This document shows, one piece after another, positions 18,380-26,085 of a DNA stretch of 64,000 bases (position 1 is the stretch's first letter; each line of letters starts with the position of its first letter). A program made the translations under genes and the position numbers. The stretch spans positions 4,716-68,715 of the forward strand of contig JBKDZN010000057.1 of assembly GCA_047971245.1 (NCBI GenBank), in the 5' to 3' direction. The DNA comes from Acidimicrobiales bacterium (GTDB taxonomy: Bacteria; Actinomycetota; Acidimicrobiia; Acidimicrobiales; SZUA-35). The notes beneath the pieces are model-generated. The model had not been told where the DNA came from. It made no database searches and saw only the letters and a list, made by a program, of their open reading frames with translations.

Positions 18380-19321
18380 TCAGTTGAGTGCGGCCGCGGC
18401 CGGGATCAGCGCCGCGCCCGCCTCCAGGACCTGATCCAGATCGGTCAGGTCGAGCACCTGGAGGTAGGCCCGGGTGCAGCCCAGTTCGGCGTAGGCGGCC
18501 AGTTTCGCCACCACCTCGTCCACCGTGCCCGCCGCCCCGTTGGCGCGCAGCTCGGCCGGCTCCCGCCCGATGGCGGCCGCCCGCCGGTTCATCGTCGCCT
18601 CGTCGGCCCCCAGGCAGAGCACCAGGGCCACGGAGTAGACCAGGTCGTCCGGGGCCCGGCCCGCGTCGGTGCAGGCCTGTCGGATCCGGGCCATGGCGGC
18701 CGCGGTGTCGTCCACATCGGCGAACGGCAGGTTGTACTCCGCGGCGAAGCGGGCGACGAGGGCGGGTGTCCGGTTCGGCCCGCGGCCCCCGATGATGATC
18801 GGCGGACCCGGCCGCTGGGTCGGCTTGGGCAGGGCGGGCGACTGGTGGAACCGGTGGAAGCGGCCCTCATGGGTGAAGGTCTCGCCGTCCGGGGTGGCCC
18901 ACAGGCCAGTCATCTGCTCCAGGTACTCCTCCATCAGATCGAAGCGGGTACCGAGCGGCGGGAACTCGAGGCCGTACCGATCGTGCTCCTCGCCGTACCA
19001 GCCGGTCCCGAAACCGAAGTCGACCCGCCCCCCGCTCATGGCGTCGACCTGGGCCACCATGATGGCCAGCGGGCCCGGACGGTCGAAGGTGGCCGGACTG
19101 ACCAGGGTGCCCAACCGGATGGTCGAGGTGTCACGGGCCAGACCGGCCAGGGTCACCCAGGCGTGCGTCGGTCCGGGCAGGCCGCTCACCTCGCCCATCT
19201 TGAGGTAGTGGTCCGACCGGAAGAAGCCGTCGAATCCGGCGGTCTCGGCCGTGGACGCCACCGCCAGGAGCTGTTCGTAGGAGGCGCCCTGCTGGGGTTC
19301 GGTGAAGATACGGAGCTGCAT
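18380..19321 (-). CDS. LLM-class (luciferase-like) F420-dependent oxidoreductase
   Basis: MQLRIFTEPQQGASYEQLL...GFDGFFRSDHYL, the N-terminus typical of the F420-dependent LLM subfamily. About 313 aa, TIM-barrel size. Confidence 0.85.
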   Translation of the reverse strand: MQLRIFTEPQQGASYEQLLAVASTAETAGFDGFFRSDHYLKMGEVSGLPGPTHAWVTLAGLARDTSTIRLGTLVSPATFDRPGPLAIMVAQVDAMSGGRVDFGFGTGWYGEEHDRYGLEFPPLGTRFDLMEEYLEQMTGLWATPDGETFTHEGRFHRFHQSPALPKPTQRPGPPIIIGGRGPNRTPALVARFAAEYNLPFADVDDTAAAMARIRQACTDAGRAPDDLVYSVALVLCLGADEATMNRRAAAIGREPAELRANGAAGTVDEVVAKLAAYAELGCTRAYLQVLDLTDLDQVLEAGAALIPAAAALN

Positions 19322-19372
19322 GACGGCCGAGACTAGACCCGCGGCGGGTTCGTGGGGTCTTCGGCCGAGGCC

Positions 19373-20044
19373 TCATCGCGGGTTGGTCGGCCAGGTGGCC
19401 GCCGCGGCGGCCAGGCCGTCGATCACCGCCAGCAGATGGGGGAAGTGGGCGGGCGGGAACGGGCCGCCCGGCCAGTACCGGGCCAGGGGCGTCAGGCCAC
19501 GGACCCGGGGCGGCAGTTCCACCTGGACGCCGCCACCCGAGGTGAGGTTGCAGGGGTTGGCCGGATGGACACCCCGCAACCGTCGAGGGATCCGGTCGAG
19601 CTCGTCGACCACCCGGTAGTACGGGAGCGCGTCACGGAGATGGGCGGCCACGTGGGCGGCCATCGGCCGGTTCCCACCACCGCACAACAGGGAGGTGAAG
19701 TGACCGTGGCGGCCGTAGCCATGGACCGCGATCACATGATCGCAGTGGGCGAGGAAGGCGGCGAAGCGGGGCGCCCGCCCGGGATCGATACCAGCCGAGG
19801 GAATGTGGTGGCGCATACCGTCGGGCTGGGCGACGGTGTAGCACGACGCCCCGGCCCGCCGGGCCGCCTCGGCGGCGATGATCTCCGTGGCCCGCTCCAG
19901 GTTGCCGCCGTGGAAGGCGCAGATGCCCACCCGTCCCCGGAGCTCGACCGTTTCCACCACGCCCGGTCGGGCCAGCAGCTCGTCGAACCCGAGCGGTGTC
20001 CGGTCCACGTCGGTCATCCGATTCAGGGTGGCAGCCGGGCCCAC
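19373..20044 (-). CDS. Poly-gamma-glutamate hydrolase family (PF05908-like) protein
   Basis: CAFHGGNLERATEIIAAEAA...HIPSAGID...HVIAVHGYGR matches my recollection of the HGG.IE.GT...H(I/L)(T/P)S...HG pattern. The start is uncertain. Confidence 0.6.
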   Translation of the reverse strand: MGPAATLNRMTDVDRTPLGFDELLARPGVVETVELRGRVGICAFHGGNLERATEIIAAEAARRAGASCYTVAQPDGMRHHIPSAGIDPGRAPRFAAFLAHCDHVIAVHGYGRHGHFTSLLCGGGNRPMAAHVAAHLRDALPYYRVVDELDRIPRRLRGVHPANPCNLTSGGGVQVELPPRVRGLTPLARYWPGGPFPPAHFPHLLAVIDGLAAAAATWPTNPR

Positions 20045-20099
20045 ACCGGCCCAAGTCGGGGCGTCGACGGGTGGCGGCGCGAGATCGGGCCGGCGTCGG

Positions 20100-20975
20100 T
20101 CAGTGGCCGCTGGGGGCGGGTCGGCGGGGGGCCTGGGCCCGTCGGGCCAATGTCCCGCCGGCCAGCACGGCCAGGTTGACGGCCAGGAACGTCACGCCGA
20201 ACATGGTGGCCCGGTCGCTGATCCAGGTGCTCAGCTCGGCCTGCCGGGCCTCGACCCAGGTGATCGGCCCCGGGTTGATGACGGCAGGATCGGTCGACCA
20301 GTAGCCGTACCAGGCCACGTACACCCCGACGACGATGAGGATCACGGCCGAGATGCGGGTCAGATGGGGAAGCACCTGCCGGAGGCCCTGAACCACCCCG
20401 CGCCGCCCGAACGCCACCGCCAGGGTGACCACGGTGGCGGTGAGACCCATCCCGATGGCGTACGACAGGAAGCCGCCGAGCCGCTGCCCGAAGCTGTGCC
20501 CGGCCGCGGACGTGCCGACGGCCGAGATGAACAGGCTGATCGTGCAGCTCAGCGACGCCACCGCGTACGACACCCCGAACAGGAACATGCTGGTCAGCGA
20601 TTGGCTCCGGCCGCCCTTCTCGAGTTTCGGGCCACGGACGTTCGGCTCGTAGCCGAGGCTCATGGCGACGCCCAGGGCGACGAGGCCGACCCCGAGCAGC
20701 AGGGTGATCCATGGCAGCCACGGGGCCACCGTGTTCATCGCTCCCGCCAGCACCACACCGATCAGGCCGAACACGAGCATGAACCCGGCCGACATGGCCA
20801 ACGCCACCTTCTGGGCCCGCTGCAACCCGATCAGACGGTTCTCGTGGGGCTGACCAGCCTCGATCCCGAGGAAGAAACCCAGATAGGCCGGGAGCATGGC
20901 GAACCCGCACGGATTGACCATGGCCACGATGCCGAGCGCCAGGGCTCGGGCGTCGAACAGGTCGCCGACGGTCAC
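20100..20975 (-). CDS. ccdA: Cytochrome c biogenesis thiol-disulfide transporter CcdA
   Basis: GTG start at 20975 overlaps the stop of the thioredoxin gene (GTGA). NPCGFAMLPAYLGFF and VSYAVASLSCT cysteine motifs and 6-8 TM helices. The track ORF 20100-21185 is over-extended. Confidence 0.85.
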   Translation of the reverse strand: MTVGDLFDARALALGIVAMVNPCGFAMLPAYLGFFLGIEAGQPHENRLIGLQRAQKVALAMSAGFMLVFGLIGVVLAGAMNTVAPWLPWITLLLGVGLVALGVAMSLGYEPNVRGPKLEKGGRSQSLTSMFLFGVSYAVASLSCTISLFISAVGTSAAGHSFGQRLGGFLSYAIGMGLTATVVTLAVAFGRRGVVQGLRQVLPHLTRISAVILIVVGVYVAWYGYWSTDPAVINPGPITWVEARQAELSTWISDRATMFGVTFLAVNLAVLAGGTLARRAQAPRRPAPSGH

Positions 20976-21568
20976 GGTCCGGCCTCGATGTCGAGGTACT
21001 CGTCGAGCATCTCGTTCAGGGAATCGGTGGTGACCGCCCCGGTGACGGTGTGAACGATCTCGCCGTCGGCGTCGACGAGCAGGGTCGAGGGCATCCCGAA
21101 CAGGCTGAGCGCTTCGAAGATCTCCTGGTCGGGTTGGAACGCCGTGGGGAAGGTGATGTTCCGGGTGGTCACGAAGTTCAACCACGACTCCTGGTCGATG
21201 TCATGGTTGATGCCGATCACCTGGTAGCGGCCATCCGCGGCGTCGGCGGCCGCCTGCAACTCGGGCATCTCGGCCTGGCAGGGGGCGCACCAGGTGGCCC
21301 AGAAGTTCACCACCATCGGGCCCTCCCAGGCGCTCAGGGTGGTGGTGGAGCCGTCCTCCAGGGTGAGCGGCATCTCGTCGAACGCGGCGATATTGGTGGT
21401 GGCGGCGGCCGTGGTGTCGTCGTCGTCCATCAACAGCGGGCCGACGACGAACGCGGCGATGGCGGCCACCCCGGCGACCAGTGCGGCCACCACGATCACG
21501 CGGGGGAGCAGTGAGGGCCGGAGCTGACGGTCTGGGGCAGGATCGGTCGTTGTTTCGGTGCCGTCCAC
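20972..21568 (-). CDS. TlpA/ResA-family membrane-anchored thiol-disulfide oxidoreductase
   Basis: N-terminal TM anchor followed by a thioredoxin fold with VVNFWATWCAPCQAEMPEL (CxxC). Confidence 0.85.
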   Translation of the reverse strand: MDGTETTTDPAPDRQLRPSLLPRVIVVAALVAGVAAIAAFVVGPLLMDDDDTTAAATTNIAAFDEMPLTLEDGSTTTLSAWEGPMVVNFWATWCAPCQAEMPELQAAADAADGRYQVIGINHDIDQESWLNFVTTRNITFPTAFQPDQEIFEALSLFGMPSTLLVDADGEIVHTVTGAVTTDSLNEMLDEYLDIEAGP

Positions 21569-21590
21569 GGTGGCCTCAACCTACCGCGAA

Positions 21591-21634
21591 GGCCCGTCAT
21601 TCCCGGGTCGTGACCGATCCGGGAACGACGGGCC
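21591..21634 (-). terminator. 16-bp stem hairpin downstream of the whiB7-like gene
   Basis: GGCCCGTCATTCCCGG-N12-CCGGGAACGACGGGCC. On the minus-strand RNA the single mismatch becomes a G-U pair. There is no clear U-tract. Confidence 0.4.
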
Positions 21635-21655
21635 GCCGGTGATCTCCGGCCGATC

Positions 21656-22003
21656 TCAGGCGATGAGGCGCTGTAGGTGGTCGGGTACGGGGATCATGGG
21701 GAGCTGATCCTCGGGCCGCGGCTGCTTTGGGGGACGGCCACGACGCCGTTTCACGGTCAGGATCCGGCCGCTGGCGAACAGCTGACCACCCCAGACCCCG
21801 CAGGGCTCGGCTCGTTCGACAGCGCCCTCGAGGCAGTCGAGCATCACCGGGCACGCGGCGCAGATCCGTTTCGCCGCGGCGATCTCGTGGATCTCTTCGC
21901 TGAAGAAAAGATCAGCGGCGTCCGGGACGTGCCGGCACGCGGCCTGGGCCCGCCACAGCTCGGCTGGGGCATAGGTGGGGCTGTGGGCTTCGATGATGCT
22001 CAT
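21656..22003 (-). CDS. whiB7: WhiB-family Fe-S transcription factor with C-terminal AT-hook (WhiB7-like)
   Basis: 115 aa, MSIIEAHS.... Four Cys (C23, C48, C51, C57), the GVWGG turn, then RRRGRPPK (AT-hook). The track ORF 21656-22546 is over-extended upstream. Confidence 0.85.
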   Translation of the reverse strand: MSIIEAHSPTYAPAELWRAQAACRHVPDAADLFFSEEIHEIAAAKRICAACPVMLDCLEGAVERAEPCGVWGGQLFASGRILTVKRRRGRPPKQPRPEDQLPMIPVPDHLQRLIA

Positions 22004-22082
22004 GGTGGGGGTGGTTCCCTGTGCGATGGGCCCGGTGGCCCGGTCGGAACATGGTCGGGTTCGGTGGGTCGGCCGCTCCGGC

Positions 22083-22125
22083 CCGAAAACAAGAAGAGCC
22101 GCTGGGGCGATGCTCCCAGCGGCTC
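22083..22125 (-). terminator. Intrinsic terminator in the whiB7-like leader
   Basis: Minus strand GAGCCGCTGGG-agcatcgc-CCCAGCGGCTC followed by TTCTTGTTTTCGGG. It sits 25 nt after the leader ORF stop and about 80 nt before the whiB7-like ATG. Confidence 0.7.
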
Positions 22126-22149
22126 GGTGACCAGTTTCCTGATGTTCGA

Positions 22150-22473
22150 TCAGGTAGGTCGCCGTCGGCGCCGGAAGTCGGGGTTGATGGTCTTGGGGGT
22201 GGCCGGCCAGGTGGCGGTCATGGTCATTTCGACGTTCCCGGTGACATGGCCGGCGGTGCCGCCATGACCGGGCTTCGAGACCGTCATCGGACCGTTGCGA
22301 TACCCCGCGGCGGCAAAACCGCTGGTGAGGGTGCGGCCACGACCGGTGAGCTCGCGCGGGTCGCGCTGGGCCGGGTCGAGCCGGAACGCGGGAGCGAACG
22401 CGACACCGCCGGGGAGGACCGGTGACGGTACGATGCGGCTTCGTGGCGACCGGGTGAGGTGATCTGCTGTCAT
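22150..22473 (-). CDS. 107-codon leader ORF / hypothetical small protein upstream of whiB7-like
   Basis: ATG at 22473 follows a very strong RBS (GGAAGGAGGGGGcagccgATG). Third-position GC is high by eye. No family was recognised (MTADHLTRSPRS...GHVTGNVEMTMTATWPATPKTINPDFRRRRRPT). Confidence 0.5.
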   Translation of the reverse strand: MTADHLTRSPRSRIVPSPVLPGGVAFAPAFRLDPAQRDPRELTGRGRTLTSGFAAAGYRNGPMTVSKPGHGGTAGHVTGNVEMTMTATWPATPKTINPDFRRRRRPT

Positions 22474-22568
22474 CGGCTGCCCCCTCCTTCCTGCTCGTTC
22501 CGGGGGGCGCCGTGGGCCCGGAGGGCGCACGGCTCTGCTGGGTCACCGAACCACTGATCGATGTGGGG

Positions 22569-22584
22569 TGTCAAGCGATTAATC
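22569..22584 (-). promoter_or_regulatory. Candidate WhiB7-type promoter: AT-rich box plus perfect -35
   Basis: Minus strand ATTAATcgcTTGACA. This is the only AT-rich patch in a very GC-rich intergenic region and lies 3 bp upstream of a consensus TTGACA. No convincing -10 was seen. The same ATTAAT could instead be a -10 for the plus-strand thioesterase gene. Confidence 0.4.
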
Positions 22585-22646
22585 TCCCGCCGGCCCACAG
22601 ATCGGGCGGTGGAGACGGCGGGCCCGGGCCGCTACGGTGCGGTCGC

Positions 22647-23516
22647 GTGACCGCGCCCCGGCCCCAGGACCGATCGGTGTCGGCCCCGGTCGGGCGCAGG
22701 TATGCGACCCGGTGCCGGGTCCGGCTGGGGGATGTGGATCCGGCGGGTCGGCTCCGGCTCGATGCCCTGCTGCGGCTGACCCAGGACGTGTCCGACGATG
22801 ATCGGGCCGACGCCGGGATGCTCGACGACACCGCCTGGGTGGTTCGCCGTTCGGCCGTCGAGGTCGGCTGCTCGGCGTCCTGGGACGAGACGCTGCGCTG
22901 CGAGACCTGGTGCTCCGGTTTGGGGCGCAGCTGGGCGGAACGGACCTTCCGGATCGAGGGGGATGCCGGGGCCGCGTACGACGTGGTGACCCTGTGGGTC
23001 ATGGTCGATCCGGCGACGGGCCGGCCGGTATCGCTCACGGACTCGTTCCGAGCGGTCTACGGGCCGGCCGCAGCCGGTCGGCGGGTGAAGGCCGGCCTGG
23101 TCCTGCCCCGCCGACCCCCCGACGACGCCACCGTCCGGGCCTGGCCCCTGCGGGCGGTCGACTATGACGTCTTCGGGCACGTCAACAACGCCGCCTACGT
23201 GGCGGTGGTGGAGCAGTGGCTGGCCGACACCGGCACGGCACCGGAGGGTCTGACCATCGAGTACCAGACCGGCGTTCCCCCCGTCACCGCGGTGACGATC
23301 GCCGAATGTCGGGTCGGCGGGGTCGGGGACGGCCGCGACGGGGTCGGCGAAGCGGTGCGGCTGTGGTGGGTGCTCGACGACGGTCAGGTGGCCGCCGGGG
23401 CCGAGATCCGGGGCGTCAACCCCCGTCCGGAGCCGGATCCGTGGTCGGCGCGGACCCGGTCGGGTCGCCGGTCGGCGGCACGAACAACGCCTGCCGGTAG
23501 AACCGGAGCTCGTTGA
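22647..23516 (+). CDS. Acyl-ACP thioesterase family protein
   Basis: Double hotdog pattern: RVRLGDVDPAGRLRLDALLRLTQDV... and VDYDVFGHVNNAAYVAVVEQW. GTG 22647 was chosen as the start. The 3-prime tail overlaps orn by about 100 nt. Confidence 0.7.
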   Translation: MTAPRPQDRSVSAPVGRRYATRCRVRLGDVDPAGRLRLDALLRLTQDVSDDDRADAGMLDDTAWVVRRSAVEVGCSASWDETLRCETWCSGLGRSWAERTFRIEGDAGAAYDVVTLWVMVDPATGRPVSLTDSFRAVYGPAAAGRRVKAGLVLPRRPPDDATVRAWPLRAVDYDVFGHVNNAAYVAVVEQWLADTGTAPEGLTIEYQTGVPPVTAVTIAECRVGGVGDGRDGVGEAVRLWWVLDDGQVAAGAEIRGVNPRPEPDPWSARTRSGRRSAARTTPAGRTGAR

Positions 23517-24015
23517 CGCTCTCGACGATGTCGTCCATCGCCCGGTGGCCGGCGTCCTTGCGGGGCGCGGTGGCCAGGATCTGGGGGTACCACCGCCGGC
23601 CCAGCTCCTTGATGGTCGACACGTCGACCGATCGGTAGTGGAGGAAACGCTCGATCTCGGGCATCTGGGCGGCCAGGAACCGCCGATCGGTGCCGATCGA
23701 GTTGCCGCACAGCGGCACGGTCCCCGGGTGGGGGATGTGGGCCCGGAGAAAAGCCAGGGTCTGGTCCCGGGCCTCCGCGATGGTGACCGTCGACGCCTTG
23801 ATCTGGTCGAGGAGGCCGGAACGGGTGTGCATGTCGACCACCACCGGATCCATGCCGGCCAGGGCCTCCTCGCTGGCGGTGATGACGAGTTGGGGTCCCT
23901 CGGCGATCAGGGTCAGCTCGTCGTCGGTGATCAGGGTGGCGATCTCCACGATCACGTCCCGCTCCGGGTCGAGCCCCGTCATCTCCAGATCCATCCAGGC
24001 CAGCAAGGTGTACAC
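23416..24015 (-). CDS. orn: Oligoribonuclease
   Basis: LAWMDLEMTGLDPERDVIVEIA (DEDDh exo motif I), CGNSIGTDRRFL and HRAMDDIVESVNELRFYR. Confidence 0.9.
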   Translation of the reverse strand: MYTLLAWMDLEMTGLDPERDVIVEIATLITDDELTLIAEGPQLVITASEEALAGMDPVVVDMHTRSGLLDQIKASTVTIAEARDQTLAFLRAHIPHPGTVPLCGNSIGTDRRFLAAQMPEIERFLHYRSVDVSTIKELGRRWYPQILATAPRKDAGHRAMDDIVESVNELRFYRQALFVPPTGDPTGSAPTTDPAPDGG

Positions 24016-24086
24016 CCTAGTGCTCTCCGGGCGTGCCGGTTGGGGTTGCCGCCGGGTCGCAATGTGGGCTGGCTACCCTGCCCCGC

Positions 24087-24521
24087 GTGCCCGAGGTCCC
24101 ACTGCTCCGACTCGACCCCGAGCTGGACGCGCCGAGGCCGATCCGGGCCGGTGACGCCGCCGCCGATCTGCCGGCGGCCGAGACGGCGACGGTGGCCCCC
24201 GGCGGTCGTCACCTGATGCCCACCGGTTTCGCGGTGGCCATCCCCTCCGGGTGGTGCGGCCTGGTGCTCCCCCGATCCGGCCTGGCCCTGCGGCACGGAC
24301 TGACCCTGCTGAACAGTCCCGGTCTGATCGACTCCGGTTACCGGGGGGAGCTCCAGGTGTTGTTGTACAACGCCTCCGACGCCGGGGTGACCGTCGAGCG
24401 GGGTACCCGAATCGCCCAGCTCCTGGTGGTGGCGGTCGATCAGTTGCGGTTCTCCGCCGTCGACCGGCTACCGGACGGACCCGACGATCGGGGCACCGCC
24501 GGTTGGGGCAGCTCCGGCTGA
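24087..24521 (+). CDS. dut: dUTP diphosphatase
   Basis: LRLDP...AGDAAADL, PRSGLALRHGLTLLNSPGLIDSGYRGE, RIAQLLV and a C-terminal RGTAGWGSSG. The ORF opens at 24033, but GTG 24087 fits the usual Dut N-terminus. Confidence 0.9.
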   Translation: MPEVPLLRLDPELDAPRPIRAGDAAADLPAAETATVAPGGRHLMPTGFAVAIPSGWCGLVLPRSGLALRHGLTLLNSPGLIDSGYRGELQVLLYNASDAGVTVERGTRIAQLLVVAVDQLRFSAVDRLPDGPDDRGTAGWGSSG

Positions 24522-24537
24522 GGCGCCCGGCGGCGGA

Positions 24538-24912
24538 TCAGACCAGTTCCGAATGGCCGGGGATCGAGTCGCCGAGGGCCAGATCGATACTGCTCGGCCG
24601 GACGTTGACGTCGTCGACCATGGCGGCCAGGGTCCGGGTCACCTCGGACACCTCGCTCGGTCCGAGCCGGAGGTCGGGGTTGTCGATACGGACGCTCAGG
24701 CGATGGGGGGCCCAGCGGGCCTCGAGATGGATGCGGCCGGGACCGTGGAGGGCGGTGACGGCGTGGTCGACGGCGATCCGGAGCCGTTCCACATCCGCGA
24801 TGTCGACGCCGAGGCGGATGGCCAGCCCGGCCACGGTGACCCGCCCGATCCGGCTGAACGTGGGGGTAGCGGGAAACGACACCGTCACCTCGTCCTCCGT
24901 GCCGTCGTTCAT
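24538..24912 (-). CDS. Small HATPase-like (anti-sigma-factor-like) protein
   Basis: 124 aa from MNDGTEDE. FPATPTFSRIGRVTVAGLAIRLGVDIADVERLRIAVDHAVTAL resembles the N-terminal helices of RsbW/SpoIIAB-type proteins. The assignment is weak. Confidence 0.4.
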   Translation of the reverse strand: MNDGTEDEVTVSFPATPTFSRIGRVTVAGLAIRLGVDIADVERLRIAVDHAVTALHGPGRIHLEARWAPHRLSVRIDNPDLRLGPSEVSEVTRTLAAMVDDVNVRPSSIDLALGDSIPGHSELV

Positions 24913-25030
24913 CACGTTCACTATCCCACGTCGAGCGGGTCCGATGGAGCCTCGCGTCGGCGGAGCGGGGACGTCCCGGCCCGCCGGGTACGGCGAGGCG
25001 GTGATCCAGGGTGTCGGCCGGCGGGGCCGT

Positions 25031-25990
25031 TCATTCACGAACCACCTGATCGGGCCGGTGGTCGGGGCACAGCCCGAGATAGGTGGGGTGCCGGAGGTGT
25101 CCGTGCCGGGGCCACGCCCCGTAGGCAACCTCCACGACGACGGTGGGCTCGACCCACACCGGTGGGCGGGGCACCGTGGGGGTGTCGGCGAACGGGCAGT
25201 GTTCGGTCGGGGTGAATCGTCGGCGGAGGAGGGCCCGGTCCCGGTCGCCGATGCCCGAGCCGACCGCGCCGACGAACCGGAGGCCGTCGTCGTGTACACC
25301 CAGCAGGAGGGAACCCAGGTCGCCGGTGAGGCGCCCCTGGCCGGGTAGCCACCCGCCGACCACGAACTCTTGCCGGGTCCTGAGCTTCACCTTGCGCCAC
25401 TCGTCGGACCGGGTCCCGGGTCGGTAGGGGCTGTCGAGCCGTTTGGCCACCACCCCCTCCAGGCTGCGGTCGCGGGCGATGGCCAGCAGGCGTTCCCCGT
25501 CGCCCTCGTCGGCCGGTGGCACCCGCCAGCGGGGTGCCGGCTCGATCAGCCGGTCGAGGAGGCCCCGCCGTTGCCGGTAGGTGAGATCCAGGAGGGACCG
25601 GCCGTCCAGCACCAGCAGGTCGAAGATCATGTAGACCACGGGATCGGCGGCCACCAGGGTGGGGGTCGGCGCGCTCACGTGCATCCGGCGGCCCAACCGT
25701 TCGAACGAGGGGCGATCATGGTCGAAGATGACCACCTCGCCGTCGAGGGTGGCGCCCACCCCGAGTGCCGCGGCCAGGCCCGCCAGCTCGGGGAAGGTGC
25801 TGGTGACGTTGCGGCCGGAACGGGCGGTGAGGGTGACGGCATCGGGTGGTTCGCACCGGGCGTGGATCCGCATCCCGTCCCACTTCAGCTCGAACGCCCA
25901 CCCTTCGCCCTCGGGGAGATCGCCCGAAACGGCCTGCATCGGCGGGATCCACGATGGGGCGTTGGGGTCGGTGGCGCCCATCAACCCCAC
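25031..25990 (-). CDS. ATP-dependent DNA ligase (stand-alone LigC/LigD-ligase-domain type)
   Basis: Adenylation motif I ELKWDGMR, LDGEVVIF, YMIFDLL, EGVVAKRLDSPYRPGTRSDEWRKVK, and an OB domain tail. Confidence 0.85.
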   Translation of the reverse strand: MGLMGATDPNAPSWIPPMQAVSGDLPEGEGWAFELKWDGMRIHARCEPPDAVTLTARSGRNVTSTFPELAGLAAALGVGATLDGEVVIFDHDRPSFERLGRRMHVSAPTPTLVAADPVVYMIFDLLVLDGRSLLDLTYRQRRGLLDRLIEPAPRWRVPPADEGDGERLLAIARDRSLEGVVAKRLDSPYRPGTRSDEWRKVKLRTRQEFVVGGWLPGQGRLTGDLGSLLLGVHDDGLRFVGAVGSGIGDRDRALLRRRFTPTEHCPFADTPTVPRPPVWVEPTVVVEVAYGAWPRHGHLRHPTYLGLCPDHRPDQVVRE

Positions 25991-26031
25991 CGTACCCGTC
26001 GGGCGGGGTCGACGACCGTGGGGGTCGATCC

Positions 26032-26067
26032 TCCGCCCCCCTACCGACCAGTAGGTAGGGGGGCGGA
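26032..26067. promoter_or_regulatory. Perfect 13-bp inverted repeat at the desaturase promoter
   Basis: TCCGCCCCCCTAC-cgaccagtag-GTAGGGGGGCGGA. It is followed 6 nt later by TATGAT (26074-26079), which ends 6 nt before the ATG at 26086. This suggests a leaderless transcript with an operator over the -35 region. Confidence 0.45.
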
Positions 26068-26085
26068 TTCGGCTATGATCGCGGC

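Noticed and set aside
22021-22425. 134-aa plus-strand ORF in the whiB7-like leader
   Set aside because: The translation is Gly/Arg-rich and there is no RBS. The opposite-strand ORF has a very strong RBS and a terminator in the correct orientation.
21656-22546. 296-aa minus-strand ORF
   Set aside because: Only the last 115 codons (WhiB7-like) are credible. The upstream part runs through the terminator and the leader ORF in a different frame.
25031-25990. NHEJ system
   Set aside because: The ATP-dependent ligase is clear, but no Ku gene, polymerase/primase domain or nuclease domain is present in the window. Nothing beyond a stand-alone ligase can be claimed.
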